DNA of 64,000 nucleotides from the human T2T-CHM13v2.0 reference genome, Homo sapiens: the NCBI RefSeq assembly GCF_009914755.1, contig NC_060943.1. One strand, 5' to 3'. Below, one piece after another: positions 1-20,402 of the stretch (position 1 is the first letter of the stretch; each line of letters begins with the position of its first letter). The position numbers were made by a program, and so were the translations under genes. The notes beneath the pieces were generated by a model. The model was not told where the DNA came from. It did not search any database and saw nothing but the letters and a program-made list of their open reading frames with translations.

Positions 1-167
1 TTTAGACAGTGTTGAGAAAACCAAACTTTGGCCATAGAAACCATTCCCCTCCCGGGCCCGCAATGGGGACCAGACCACGCCCCCTGATGCCCTGAGTGGT
101 CCCAGATCTCCGGCGGTACCTCCAGACCACGTCCTCGCGCTCCGATTGGCTGCCGCTTTTGGGCGGA

Positions 168-430
168 TTAGAAGCTGGATTGTAGCAGAGTGACTCGCAG
201 AGGCCATGCCCCCTCGTCTTGTGGCAGGACCGGAGGGGCGATCCCGGCATCCCACGCGGGCCCCCAGGGGGTGGGACCTCCTCCACGCCCACTCCCTCGG
301 CGAGAGAACCCCGTGGAACCCGAATTAGCCACCGGGGGAGATCTGGGGGGAGGGGTCTCCTGGCGCGTGGGGTCCGAAGGAGGCAGCGGCACACCGGGAA
401 GAGGGTCTCCCTGGGAGTCCAAATTTCCAC
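168..430 (-). CDS. PLEKHA4: PLEKHA4 exon 20 coding part (GNLDSQ...VTLLQSSF*)
   Basis: Acceptor ctctccag at 431-432; TAA at 168-170; C-terminal SSF fits a class I PDZ-binding motif. Confidence 0.95.
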
Positions 431-474
431 CTGGAGAGGATGAGTGGGACATGAGAATGGCAAACCTCAGCGCT

Positions 475-660
475 AGGACCCCGGATTCCCAGCCCCTCCT
501 CCCTCAGACCCAGGACTCCGGATTCCCAGCCCCTCCTCCATCAGACCCAGGAGTCCAGGCCCCCAGCCCCTCCTCCCTCAGACCCAGGAGTCCAGGCCCC
601 CAGCCCCTCCTCCCTCAGATCCAGGAGTCTGGATACGCCAGTCCAGTCCTCTTTGAGACT
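475..660 (+). repeat. MSR1 37-bp minisatellite in PLEKHA4 intron 19
   Basis: About 4-5 units of CCCCAGCCCCTCCTCCCTCAGACCCAGGAGTCCAGGC; degenerate copies also near 35520-35940, 58030-58210, 59520-59660, 60440-60590 and 63240-63610. Confidence 0.85.
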
Positions 661-895
661 CAGTTGTCGGCCCTCTCCCCGCCCCCTGACCTCTTCCTCC
701 CCTCCTCCCAAGTGTCCCGGACCCCAGTCACCTCTTGCCTGAGACCTAAAACTCCCAAACCCTGCCCAACTCTTTACTCACCAAGATAAAAAATTCTCAC
801 CGGCCCCCAGACCCCTCCTCTCCAGGACCTGGGATTCCAGGTCTCCAGCTCTCTCCTCCCTAAAACCCAGAAGTCCAACATCCCCAGCCAGTCAC

Positions 896-1008
896 CTGTC
901 ATCATTCTGTGCCACTGCGACGCCTCAGTAGCCAGGGCTTGGGAGAGGCTGAGAACCCGCTCCCGGTGACCTTCGGAAGTCGGCAAGTAAGGGGTGGTGT
1001 TCCTTGGA
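896..1008 (-). CDS. PLEKHA4: PLEKHA4 exon 19 (PRNTTPY...HRMMT)
   Basis: ttttctag acceptor, GTGACT donor, 113 nt in frame with neighbours. Confidence 0.93.
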
Positions 1009-1050
1009 CTAGAAAAAAAAAGAAGATTGGGGGTGGGGGTGTGTACATGG

Positions 1051-1340
1051 GGGAGAGGTGGGGGATGGTTAATTGGTACAAAAAGAAAAGGATGAATAAG
1101 ACCTACTATTAGATAGCACAACAGAATGACTATAGTCAATAATAATTTAATTGTACATTTTTAAATAAATTAAAGGGTGTAACTAGATTGTTTATACATC
1201 AAAGGGTAAATCCTTGAAAGGGGATGGATACCCTATTCCCGATGATGTGCTTATTTCACATTGCCTGCCTGTATCAAAACATCTCAATTATCTCGTAAAT
1301 ATATGTATACCTAGTATGTACCAACAAAAATTAAAAATTA
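1051..1340 (+). mobile_element. L1MA-type LINE-1 3' end fragment
   Basis: gaataagacctac...gatagcacaacag...gactatagtcaataataattta...gatggataccc...A tail; similar fragment at 14021-14185. Confidence 0.75.
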
Positions 1341-1769
<429 letters not shown>

Positions 1770-2082
1770 TTAAACATGGCACCGCCCTCATACCGCCCAC
1801 ATGCATTACGGGATTTGTAGTCCACTCGCGCGTCACTATCACCCAATTTCCTTGATGCAGAAGTAGGATCTGCTATTGACCAAGGGAATTTGAGGAACTA
1901 AAGATATCACTACGGATCTAGGGCTTTCTGGTTTTGTTGCAGATGCCCCGGGAACTTAAGCATCTCTAGAAGGGTTGCGATTTGTACTTCCATATTCAGG
2001 AGACTTTAATAATAATGCTACTCCCCTTTGCTTTTGCAAATTTTTTTTTCCTGCTCCCTTGATACGCCCTCCAGTTCCTTAC

Positions 2083-2141
2083 CTACTCCAGGACCCAGAG
2101 CTTCTGAGCCATTTCTGGGCTCCCGAGTGTCCTACGACAGG
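2083..2141 (-). CDS. PLEKHA4: PLEKHA4 exon 18 (PVVGHSGAQKWLRSSGSWS)
   Basis: cctttccag acceptor, GTAAGG donor, 59 nt matches the phases on both sides. Confidence 0.9.
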
Positions 2142-3018
2142 CTGGAAAGGAATTGGGGCATTAGAACTCCTCACCTGGAAGCCCCACGTTCTCATTTTGA
2201 GGGTGAAGTGAAGGGGGCTCCAAAAGAGAATGAAATTGCCCAAAAACACTGGCAATGTTTTGTTTTGTTTTTCCTATGCTTCTGTAGGCACTGAATTTTT
2301 AAAAATTAATTTATTTTATTTATTCATTTTTTAGAAAGGATGGAGTACAGTGGTGTGATCATAACTCACTGTAGTCTCGACTTCCCAGGCTTGGACTAAT
2401 CCTGCTTCAGCCTCCTGAGTAAATAGAACTACAGGCTCGCACCACCATGCCTGGCTAATTATTTTTATTTTTATTTTTAGTAGAGACAGAGTCTTGCTAT
2501 GTTGCCCAGGCTGGTCTCTTACTCCTGCCTCGGCCTCCCAAAGTACTGGTATTACAGGGGTGAGCCATAGCACCCAGTGACTGACAATGTTTAACTTTAC
2601 CTGTGTTCCTATAAAGCAGCACATGAGTTCAGAAATCCCACCTCCACCACCACCACCTGTGACTTGTCTAAATCCTTTCTATAAAAGTCTAAGGGGCCGG
2701 GTCTGGTGGCTCACACCTGTAATCCCAGCACTTTGGGAGGCCGAGGTGAGCAGATCACTTGAGGTCAGGAGTTTAAGAACAGCCTGGTCAATATGGTGTA
2801 AACCCCGTCTCTACTAAAAATACAAAAAAAAAAAAATTAGCAGGGTGTGGTGGCATGGGCCTGTAATCCCAGCCACTTGGGAGGCTAAGGCAGGAGAATC
2901 GTTTGAACCTGGGAGACAGGGGTCGCAGTGAGTCGAGATTCCACCACTATACTCCATCATGGGCAACAAAGGGAGACTCTGTCTCAAAAAAAGAAAAAAA
3001 AAATCTAAGGGGAGGTTA

Positions 3019-3618
<600 letters not shown>

Positions 3619-4026
3619 TAAGGGGAAACCATCCTGAGATATCTGAGACACTCTGATGTTCAGATCTGGGACGTTCTTCCTATTGAAAGGGCATGAATAA
3701 AATCAATTTTCTTCCTGGCTTACATTTTCTTTTTTGCTTTCTTGCTATTGACAACACATAGCAACTGAGAAGAAAAACTAGGCTTCCAATCCAGATGTGT
3801 GACCCCCGCCCCCACCCACTGTCCTCCCCTCACTGCCACTCCTGTCCACCCACCACTATCCAGGCGAGGAAGCTGACTCTAGCACAAGTACAAACTGGGG
3901 TAAATTCGGAAATCCAGTTTGGAGGAAGGAGGTAGTGATTATCTCCATTTTACAGAAAGGGACTCAAAGTAGGCGAAGAGGACCTACTACCACCCCACCG
4001 CCCAGCCCCAGCCCTCCTCCCCTCAC

Positions 4027-4188
4027 CCTTTGCTCCACGTCAGGCTGGCGTCTGGCTGGGGACAGTGTCCTTCCCAGGGTGAGAAGCCGGGGGGAGGTCG
4101 GGCGAGGGAAGGGCCGTCCACATTCCTGGTTTCTGCGCATCCGCTCCAGCTGCTCCTGGGCACTCATCCGGGGCCGGGCCACCGGGGC
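4027..4188 (-). CDS. PLEKHA4: PLEKHA4 exon 17 (APVARPRMSAQEQ...VEQR)
   Basis: ctccctag acceptor, GTGAGG donor, 162 nt. Confidence 0.93.
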
Positions 4189-4398
4189 CTAGGGAGGCGA
4201 GAAACGTCCCAAGACCCAACCTTTAGGCCAGGCACAGTGGCTCGTGTAATCCCAGCACTTTTGGGAGGCTGAGTAGAGAGGATCACTTGAGGTCAGGAGT
4301 TGAAGACCAGCCTGGCCAACTTGGCGAAATACCATCTCTACTAAAAATACAAAAATTAGCTGGGCGTGGTGGCAGGCACCTGTAATCCTAATTACTCA

Positions 4399-4665
<267 letters not shown>

Positions 4666-4989
4666 CTACAAAAAATAAACTTGTTAGATGTGGTGGTGGA
4701 TGCCTGTCAGCTACTCAAGAGGCTGAGGCAGGGGGATCACTTAAGCCCAGGAGTTCAAGGCTTCAGGGAGCTATGATCGTGCCACTGCACCTCACTCTGG
4801 GTGACAGGGCAAGATCCCGTATCTAAAAGTAAAAAGTAAAGACAGAGAGAGCACTCATTGCTGAAGCTTCCAGTTAAACATCCCAGTGAGATAGCATGGA
4901 TCTGTGCTTATTGTAGAACCAGTCCCTGCAGTTTCCTCTGCTTTGACCAATCCTGAGTCCTGTTTATATAAATGATGGCCAGTGGCCAC

Positions 4990-5820
4990 TGTATATTACC
5001 CTATGTTGTTAATTTATTTTCTTTTTTTTTTTTTTTTTTTGAGACAGAGTCTCGCTTTGTCACCTAGGCTGGAGTGCAGTGGCGCAATCTCTGCTCACTG
5101 CAACCTCCGCCTCCTGGGTTCAAGCACTTCTCTGCCTCGGCCTCTCAAGTAGCTGGGATTGAGTAGGTGGCACCCGCCACCACGCCCAGCTAATTTTTTT
5201 GTATTTTTAGTACAGACAGGGTTTCACCATCTTGGCCAGGCTGGTCTTGAACTCCTGATCTCGTGATCCACCTGCCTCGGCCTCCCAAAGTGCTGGGATT
5301 ACAGGCGTGAGCCACCGCGCCCAGCCAATGTTGTTAATTTCTTCACAGCAGGCCAGACCATTGGCCTAAAAGCTTGGTAGCAGCACACTCAGATTTCTAC
5401 ACATCCAATTGTTTTAAACATAGTCTTAATAAGCAGGTATTTTTAGCTATGCAGTCTGCCTGCTTTGTATACCCTGAAACTGTGCCCAACATCTGCTACC
5501 CATAGATAAGATGAGCCCCAAGCCCCTGCTGCTCTTTGGACCTCTCTGATCCAGAGAAACCTCCACATGCTGGTGGCTGGCATCACCCAGAAGTAAGCCC
5601 CTTCTCCAGTCCCTTTCTCTTGGGAGCTCCCTTGCCTTCCTCCCTTCCTGTGCAGTGGTCCTCACCCTCACACAGTAACCTCTGGAGGGTCTCACACTGG
5701 GTGTGACTCCCCCATAGACAAATCTGTCAGTGTCCACCAAATAAAGCTCCTGTGTGCTACTGCCATCTGGTGGTCATAGCTTTTTCTTTGCTAAACCCTG
5801 AAATCCCTGGAACTCACTAG
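4990..5820 (+). mobile_element. ERVL LTR (LTR41-like) interrupted by an antisense Alu
   Basis: AATAAAGCT...CTGCCATCTGGTGGTCA 3' region; Alu at about 5021-5327 with TSD ATGTTGTTAATTT (5003-5015, 5328-5340); family from memory. Confidence 0.55.
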
Positions 5821-6010
5821 ACCACCCCTGTGCTCTGGACCTTGGCAGCCCCTGAAACCACCCGGTTGGGGTGAGGGAGGAGCATGTCCCAAGATAAGTG
5901 ATGTTCCCAGCAGGCTCCAATCATCCATGCCCATGACACACCACTGAGAATCAAAAAGTGCCTCTCCTCTCTTCCTAGGAAAGGCTCGATTGCTTTTGTA
6001 TCCATGATAA

Positions 6011-6293
<283 letters not shown>

Positions 6294-6377
6294 TGATCCG
6301 CCTACCTTGGCCTCCCAAAGTGCTGGGATTACAGGCGTTAGCCACCGCACGCGGTCTTTTTTCTTTTTTTTTTTTAA

Positions 6378-6754
<377 letters not shown>

Positions 6755-6775
6755 TGAACTCCTGACCTCAGGTGA

Positions 6776-7198
<423 letters not shown>

Positions 7199-7373
7199 TA
7201 GAGACAGGGTTTTCACCATGTTGGTCAATCTGGTCTCAAACTCCTGACCTCAAGTGATCTGCCTGCCTCGGCCTCCCAAAGTGCTGGGATTACAGGTACG
7301 AGCCACGGTTCCCAGCCCCAAGAAGTGCTTTTAAATCTATTTGATCAAGTAATCCCAACAGGTACCCCAAAGA

Positions 7374-7540
7374 CTTCTGAAAGCCAGCCAATCAGTGATG
7401 GAGCCAAGCTTCTGAAAATCAGCCAATCAGTGATGGTCACATGCTTCTGAGGGCTGGCCAATCAGTGATGGATCCGTACTTCTGAAAATCAGCCAATCAT
7501 TGATAGCTCCATGCTTCTGAAAACCAGCCAATCAGCAACA
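7374..7540 (+). repeat. 35-bp tandem array containing CCAAT boxes
   Basis: Units at 7374, 7409, 7444, 7479 and 7514; consensus CTTCTGAAAATCAGCCAATCAGTGATGG + 7 variable nt. Confidence 0.9.
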
Positions 7541-7621
7541 GACACAGAGCACAGAGCTTCCACAGCTTAAAGTCAACCAATTCCTAAACATTCCTGCCAC
7601 TAGAAGTCAACCAGTTTCTGA

Positions 7622-7955
<334 letters not shown>

Positions 7956-8230
7956 TAGTTTTCATCTTGATGTCAGCTCTAGGTGGTAGGTTCTGCTATT
8001 AGCCCCATTTTAGAGAAGAAAAAATGAAGGCACAGAGAGGTTTAATAACTGACCCAAAGTCACACAGCTTAGAAGCGACAGAGACAAAAATCAATCTCAA
8101 TGCTCTTAACAAGCAGTGCTCTCTCTGCTCTGAGTATGGCCTTAGAACGCTCTACTCCTAGCTGTTTCCCAGAAGTGTGGGGGTCCCTGATGGTCAGATG
8201 CAAGGATTACAGGATGGACCTACAGCTTAC

Positions 8231-8307
8231 CTTGGTTCCTAGCTGTGGGGAAGGGAGGTGGCGACCCTCAGGGCTGGAAGCCCGGGAGACCCTCGGAGAC
8301 CCAAGAC
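8231..8307 (-). CDS. PLEKHA4: PLEKHA4 exon 16 (LGSPRVSR...LGTK)
   Basis: tctttccag acceptor, GTAAGC donor, 77 nt. Confidence 0.92.
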
Positions 8308-8377
8308 CTGGAAAGACAGAACGGGACTTGGTGAGGACGGGAATTTCCGTAAAGTCCCACCCAACCAGGATGCTCAC

Positions 8378-8979
<602 letters not shown>

Positions 8980-8983
8980 CTAG

Positions 8984-9118
<135 letters not shown>

Positions 9119-9474
9119 TAAAACGGTGAAACCCCGTCTCTACTAAAAATACAAAAAAAAAATTAGCCGGGCGTGGTGGCAGGTGCCTGTAGTCCCAGCT
9201 ACTCGGGAGGCTGAGGCAGGAGAATGGTGTGAACCCGGGAGGTAGAGCTTGCAGTGAGCCAAGATCGAGCCACTTGCACTCCAGCCTGAGCAACAGAGAG
9301 AGACTCCATCTCAAAAAACAAAGCAAAACAAAACAAACGTTTTAGGCTGGGCACAGTGGGTTCACGTCTGTAATCCCAGCATTTTAGGAGGCCGAGATGG
9401 GAGGATCACTTGAGACCAGGAGGTCAAGACCAGCCTAGGCAACATAGGGAGACCCCGTCTCTACAAAAAAGTTA

Positions 9475-9693
<219 letters not shown>

Positions 9694-10089
9694 TTATTAG
9701 CTGTGTGACCTTCGGCAAGCTGCTTTACCTCTCTGAGCCATATTTTATTTTATTTGAGACACAGTCTCGCTCTTTCAGCCAGGCTGGAGTACAGTGGTGC
9801 AATCTTGGTTCAGCTTACTGCAACCTCTGCCTCCCTGGTTCAAGCGATTCTCCTGCCTCAGTCTCCCAAGTAGCTGGGATTACAGGTGTGCACCACTGTG
9901 CCTGGCTCATTAACATTTTACTTTTTGATATTAGGATTGAGTCCATATATATGTGGCACTTAGAACAGTGCCTGGTGTCTAAGTGCATTATATATATAAT
10001 CATATTAGGGCTGGGTGCGGTGCCTCACTCCTGTAATCCTGGCGTTTTGGAATACTGAGACTGGAGGATCATTTTAAGCCAGGAGTTTA

Positions 10090-10326
<237 letters not shown>

Positions 10327-10760
10327 TCACGCCTGTAATCCCAACACTTTGGGAGGCCGAGGCAGGCGGATTACTCAAGGCCAGGAGTACATGACCAGCC
10401 TGGCCAACAAGGTGAAACTCCGTTTCTACTAAAAATACAAAACTTAGCCAGGCTTGGTTGTGGGCACCTGTAATCACAGCTACTTCGGAGGCTGAGGCAG
10501 GAGAACCACTTGAACCCAGGAGGTGGAGGTTGCAGTGAGCCAAGATTGCACCACTGGACTCCAGCCTGGATGACAGAGTGAGACTACGTCTCAAAAAAAC
10601 CCCCGAAAAAAAAGAAAACAAAGGCTTCCAGAGGTTAGGACACTTGTACCAGGTGGGTTAGCTGATCAAGGAAGAATTAAAGAGGTGGGTGGGGAATAGA
10701 CTGAGTCAAGGACAGGTGGGACATGAAGCTTGGGGTGGGGAGGAATTATGTGCGTCTTAC

Positions 10761-10901
10761 CTCCCTCTCTGAGGACTCCTCGCCCTGGAGCACGGGAGAT
10801 GGGGAGTCAGGCTCAGTGTGTGGGGGCGGTTTCTGGGGGCCACCCAGACCTGCCAGCGTGTCTTCCACCATCCACAGCTGCTGCTGAGCAGACACTCTGT
10901 C
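10761..10901 (-). CDS. PLEKHA4: PLEKHA4 exon 14 (DRVSAQQQ...SSERE)
   Basis: ccctgcag acceptor, GTAAGA donor, 141 nt. Confidence 0.92.
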
Positions 10902-11159
10902 CTGCAGGGAGGAAAGGAATTTGTTACTTAAAGGTGGGAAAACGCAGGAGGGTTTCAGCTAATAGGCCCCTGCAAAGGTCTGAAATCAGCTGGGCTATAT
11001 TTATGGAGTTGGGATTTATTTTTTTTCCCATGTGGTTATCCAGTTGAATTGAAAAAAACTGTCTTGGCTGGGCGCGGTGGCTCACGCCTGTAATCCCAGC
11101 ACTTTGGGAGGCCGAGGCGGGCGGATCACGAGGTCAGGAGATCGAGACCATCCCGGCTA

Positions 11160-11979
<820 letters not shown>

Positions 11980-12122
11980 TAGCCTCAAACTCCTGGGCTC
12001 AGGTGATCCACCTGCCTCATCCTCCTAAAGTGCTGGGATTACAGGTGTGAGCCACTGCAGCTGGCATGGGTCTGTTCTTGCCAAGTCTGGATTGTAGATC
12101 TAGTGGGAGCAGCTTAGAGTGA

Positions 12123-12406
<284 letters not shown>

Positions 12407-12885
12407 TGATCCACCTGCCTTGGCCTCCCAAAGTGCTGGGACTACAGGCGTGAGCCAACACGCCCGGCCGTGTCAATGTTTTTAAAGATACATGATTTAG
12501 AACTTGATGGCTAGATTTAGAGTGAAAAAGCAGGTCTGAGGCTAAGCAATGAGGTTTATATTTTAGGAGCAGAGCTTGCACTAAAGGAATGGGTTCAGAA
12601 CTGGAACTCCAGAGGATAAATTTAACAGCAAAAGTCAGGATGCAGGATGCAAGAGATGAACTTGCAAGATGGAAAAAAGGCTGAGGGTTGGAGTTTTGCT
12701 GGTGAGAGCATGGCTTCAACAAGAGGAGAGATTTAGAACCAGGGGAGAGAGCAGCTCTGGATCTGAAGTAGGTATTAAAACGAAAGGCATTGGCCGGGCG
12801 CAGTAGCTCATGCCTATAATCCCAGCACTTTGGGAGGCCGAGGCAGGCGGATCAGAAGGTCAGGAGTTCAAGACCACCCTAATCA

Positions 12886-13354
<469 letters not shown>

Positions 13355-13523
13355 CTATGTCTCACACACACAAAAAAAGAAAATAAAAAATAGAAGGGCT
13401 GTGTGCGGTGGCTCACGCCTGTAATCTCAGCACTTTGGGAAGCTGAGGCGGGTGGATCACCTGAGGTCAGGAGTTCAAGACCAGCCGGACCAACATGGAG
13501 AAACCCCGTCTCTCATAAAACTA

Positions 13524-13670
<147 letters not shown>

Positions 13671-13678
13671 CTATCTCA

Positions 13679-13997
<319 letters not shown>

Positions 13998-14152
13998 TCA
14001 AAAATAAAAATAAAAAATAAAAGAGTATAATGGATTGTTTGTAACACAAAAGATAAATGCTTGAGGGGATGGACACCCCATTTTCCATGATGGGATTATT
14101 ATACATTGCATGCCTGTACCAAAATATCTTATGCACTTCATAAATATATTCA

Positions 14153-14800
<648 letters not shown>

Positions 14801-15088
14801 TTAAAAACAAACAAATAAACAACTTTACAGCAGAAATTAGATAACAGCTCGAGAAAACGGCATTCAAAATTGAAGCTTAATTAAAATTTTAATGAGAGAA
14901 TTTAAAAAAAAACCCCAAAGGGCATGGTCTTAACTAAAATAAGGGGCTTAGATTGAAAGGACAGAAAGGAGGCTAAGGGTCAACTGGGCGGGGCCTCGAT
15001 TCTGTGGGCGAAGATTAAATGCTAAAAGGATTTCCAGGCAGAACTTGGAGTTGGGGGTGGGTCTTGGGGTCTCCAAGCAGCGATTTAC

Positions 15089-15187
15089 CTGGGGAGAACC
15101 AAGGTGCAGCAGGTACTCCAGCGTCTCTCTTAAGGTGCCCAGCTCCTGCTCCAGGCCACTGTACGTGTCCCAAACCCTCTCTCGCTC
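15089..15187 (-). CDS. PLEKHA4: PLEKHA4 exon 13 (ERERVWDTY...LGSPQ)
   Basis: Unusual cctgag acceptor, GTAAAT donor, 99 nt. Confidence 0.88.
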
Positions 15188-15495
15188 CTCAGGTTGCATA
15201 AAGGGGGAGACATAGGTTAGGTCCCTCTCCCACCAGATCCTTCCCCACCCCATCATTTGTCAGCTAAGGAGGAGATAAGGGAGTTTGGTCCCTGGAGCCC
15301 TGCAGGCGTATGGACTACAATTCCCATGGGCCTCTTTGCTTGGACTACTGGGAACCCCAAAGTCTGTATGGAACCTGCAATTCCAGTACACTGCTAGTGT
15401 AGACAAATAACAGCATTCCCTGAATCCCCAGGATTACTTCTGCTCTCTCCTAGGTAGCAGAGTCTACAGATCTAATGAATTTCATTAGACAGTTA

Positions 15496-15876
<381 letters not shown>

Positions 15877-16542
15877 CTAACACTTATTGGGCACTGATCA
15901 TGTGCTAGGCATTGTTCTCAACTCTCATTTAATTCCTATGAGGTAGTTACTATTATTGTCTCCATTTTACAGATAATAATTATAGCTGACACTTAAGTAT
16001 TGCTTTACCAAGTACCAAGTACCTTAAGTGTTAAATATTCATTCATTCATTCATTCATTCATTCACTCATTTTCACGTATCACATATAATAATTCTCAGA
16101 GTTACTTAAGGCCGGGCGCAGTGGCTCATGCCTGTAATCCCAGCACTTTGGGAGGCTGAGGCAGGCTGATCACCTGAGGTTAGGAGTTCGAGACCAGCCT
16201 GGCCAACATGGCAAAACCCCATCTCTACTAAAAATACAAAAATTAGCCAGGTGTGGTGGCACATGCCTGTAATCCCAGTTACTCAGGAGGCTGAGGTTGC
16301 AGTGAGCTGAGATGGCACCACTGTACTCCAGCCTGGGCGACAGAGCAAGACTCTGTCCCCCCCAAAAAAAAAAAAATTAGAGTGGTTACAAGACAATGAG
16401 GAGAGAGAAAAAATAATAAAATTTGGAGTGTAGACTTCTGAAGAACGATCTTCCTATGAGCCCTCTGGGGCAGGTCCCCTTCGTAACGACTTGCATAGTC
16501 CTGGGGCCTCCTAGGAGGGCAGGCCCCTTCCCAGGTGCTCAC

Positions 16543-16692
16543 CTGAGTCAAGTGACAGAGGGTGGCCCTCACACTGACCAGCCGGTCCTGCAAGAGGCGC
16601 TGGCGACCCCAGGCCCTCCCGGGAGCCCCAGCCTCCCTGGTGGCTTGGCCCAGCTGTTGCCGGGTCAACTCCAGAGCTGCTTCTAGTTGCTC
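16543..16692 (-). CDS. PLEKHA4: PLEKHA4 exon 12 (EQLEAALEL...CHLTQ), coiled coil
   Basis: gtgcag acceptor, GTGAGC donor, 150 nt. Confidence 0.93.
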
Positions 16693-16867
16693 CTGCACCA
16701 AGACAGAAGGTGGTTAGACTTCAGAAGCCATGCCTAGCCCCAAGAAGAAAGAAAAGATGTCCTTTCACGTCCTGGACGTCCAGTCAGCATCCTGACTTCC
16801 GCATTCAGGAAGGGCTCAGGGCAGGCAGAGAGGCCAGGCGCCCTGTCCTTGGCCCAGGGCCCCGCAC

Positions 16868-16948
16868 CTTCTCCTCCTGCTTCTGGTCTATCTCCTCCTG
16901 CAGCCTCCGCAGAAGCCGGTCCTGCCCGCACAACTTGGTCAGCAGCGT
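16868..16948 (-). CDS. PLEKHA4: PLEKHA4 exon 11 (TLLTKLCGQD...QEEK)
   Basis: tttctccag acceptor, GTGCGG donor, 81 nt. Confidence 0.92.
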
Positions 16949-17077
16949 CTGGAGAAAGGAGAGCGGGAGCTACTGATGGTCCAGATCTGGCTCTTCCCCT
17001 GCCGCTCCTCCCATCATCTAGAACATTCTCTCCCCAACTCTGGGAACTCAGCAAGGATTAGATCAGTGACAACTTAC

Positions 17078-17125
17078 ATCTGTCTCCAAGCTTTGGTGGA
17101 AAGTTGACTCCAGGGGAGGACCCGG
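17078..17125 (-). CDS. PLEKHA4: PLEKHA4 exon 10 (PGPPLESTFHQSLETD)
   Basis: ctcttcag acceptor, GTAAGT donor, 48 nt. Confidence 0.9.
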
Positions 17126-17181
17126 CTGAAGAGAAGGAAAAAAGTCAGGGGTCAAAGGGGACAGGCTGGTCATTCTTGTAA

Positions 17182-17825
<644 letters not shown>

Positions 17826-18118
17826 TGAAGTCCTGGGATTACAGGCATGAACCACCAAGCCTAGCGACCCCTCTCCTTATCAGCTTCCTTCTAAGCATTA
17901 GCAAATTTCAGTAGACCAACTTCCACATTCTTGGCTTCAGAAAGATCAATAATGGGCTCTTGATCAAGCAGCCATGGCAAATATTATAATTAATGGAGAA
18001 ATTTAGACATTTTATTTATGACTAAGAATAAAACAAAGTGCAGGGCACAGTGACTCACTCCTGTAATCCCAAAGCTTTGGGAGGCCAAAGAGGGAAGATC
18101 ACTTGAGCCCAGGAGTTA

Positions 18119-18745
<627 letters not shown>

Positions 18746-19472
18746 CTAGGTGGCCAGGCGCAGTGGCTCATGCCTGTAATCCCAGCATTTTGGGAGGCCG
18801 AGGCAGGCAGATCACCTGAGGTCGGGAGTTCAAGACCAGCCTGACCAACATGGAGAAACCCTGTCTTTACTAAAAATACAAAATTAGCAGGGCGTGGTGG
18901 TGGGTGCCTGTAATCCCAGCTACTCGGGCAGCTGAGGCAGGAGAATCGCTTGAACCCAGGAGGGGAGGTTGCGGTGAGCCGAGATCACGCCATTGCACTC
19001 CAGCCTGGGCAACAAGAGTGAAACTCCTTCTCAAAAAAAAAAAAGAAAAAGGAAGGAAAGAAGGAAAGAAAGAAAGAGAGAGAAAAAGGAAAGGAAAGGA
19101 AAGAACGAGGAGGGGAGGGGAAGGGGAAGGGGAAGGGGGAAAGAAAGAAAGAAAGGAAGGAAGGCCAGTCGCGGTGGCTCACGCCTGTAATCCCAGCACT
19201 TTGGGAGGCCGAGGCGGGCAGATCACAAGGTCAGGAGATCGAGACCATCCTGGCTAACACAGTGAAACCCCATCTCTACTAAAAATACAAAAAAGTTGGG
19301 CCAGGCGCAGTGGCTTACGCCTGTAATCCCAGCACTTTGGGAGGCCGAGGCGGGAGGATCACGAGGTTAGGAGTTCGAGACCAGCCTGACCAACATGGTG
19401 AAACCCCGTCTCTACTAAAAATACAAAAATTATCCAGGCATGGTGGCACGTGCCTGTAATCCCAGCTATTCA

Positions 19473-19610
<138 letters not shown>

Positions 19611-19649
19611 TTAGCCGGGCGTGGTGGCGGGCGCCTGTAGTCCCAGCTA

Positions 19650-20158
<509 letters not shown>

Positions 20159-20282
20159 CTACCCAGGGTCTTTGAAATATCTACAGTTCTCTAGGCACCC
20201 TAGGCCAAGAGATGACATTCCTCATAGAGAAGAAAGGAAGGGAGGGGGCTCCGGTAGATTTAGGGTACTCCAGGATACCTAC

Positions 20283-20357
20283 CAATAAAACCATGGAGGC
20301 CCGGGTCCCAGGGGGCCGCGGGGGGAGCTGGAGATAAGTGGGGGAGCCAGAGTGTGC
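20283..20357 (-). CDS. PLEKHA4: PLEKHA4 exon 9 (AHSGSPTYLQ...SMVLL)
   Basis: cctcccag acceptor, GTAGGT donor, 75 nt phase 0-0. Confidence 0.88.
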
Positions 20358-20402
20358 CTGGGAGGAACGTTGAAATGGAGATGTTTAGAAACTGGCATGT
20401 CT

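Noticed and set aside
190-789. 199-aa plus-strand ORF
   Set aside because: Antisense to a GC-rich exon and kept open by the stop-poor MSR1 repeat; no ATG at its start and no recognisable domain.
7374-7548. Repeat-plus-variable-linker array resembling CRISPR
   Set aside because: Linkers are only 7 nt and related to each other, there are no cas genes, and the context is a human intron; it is a tandem repeat.
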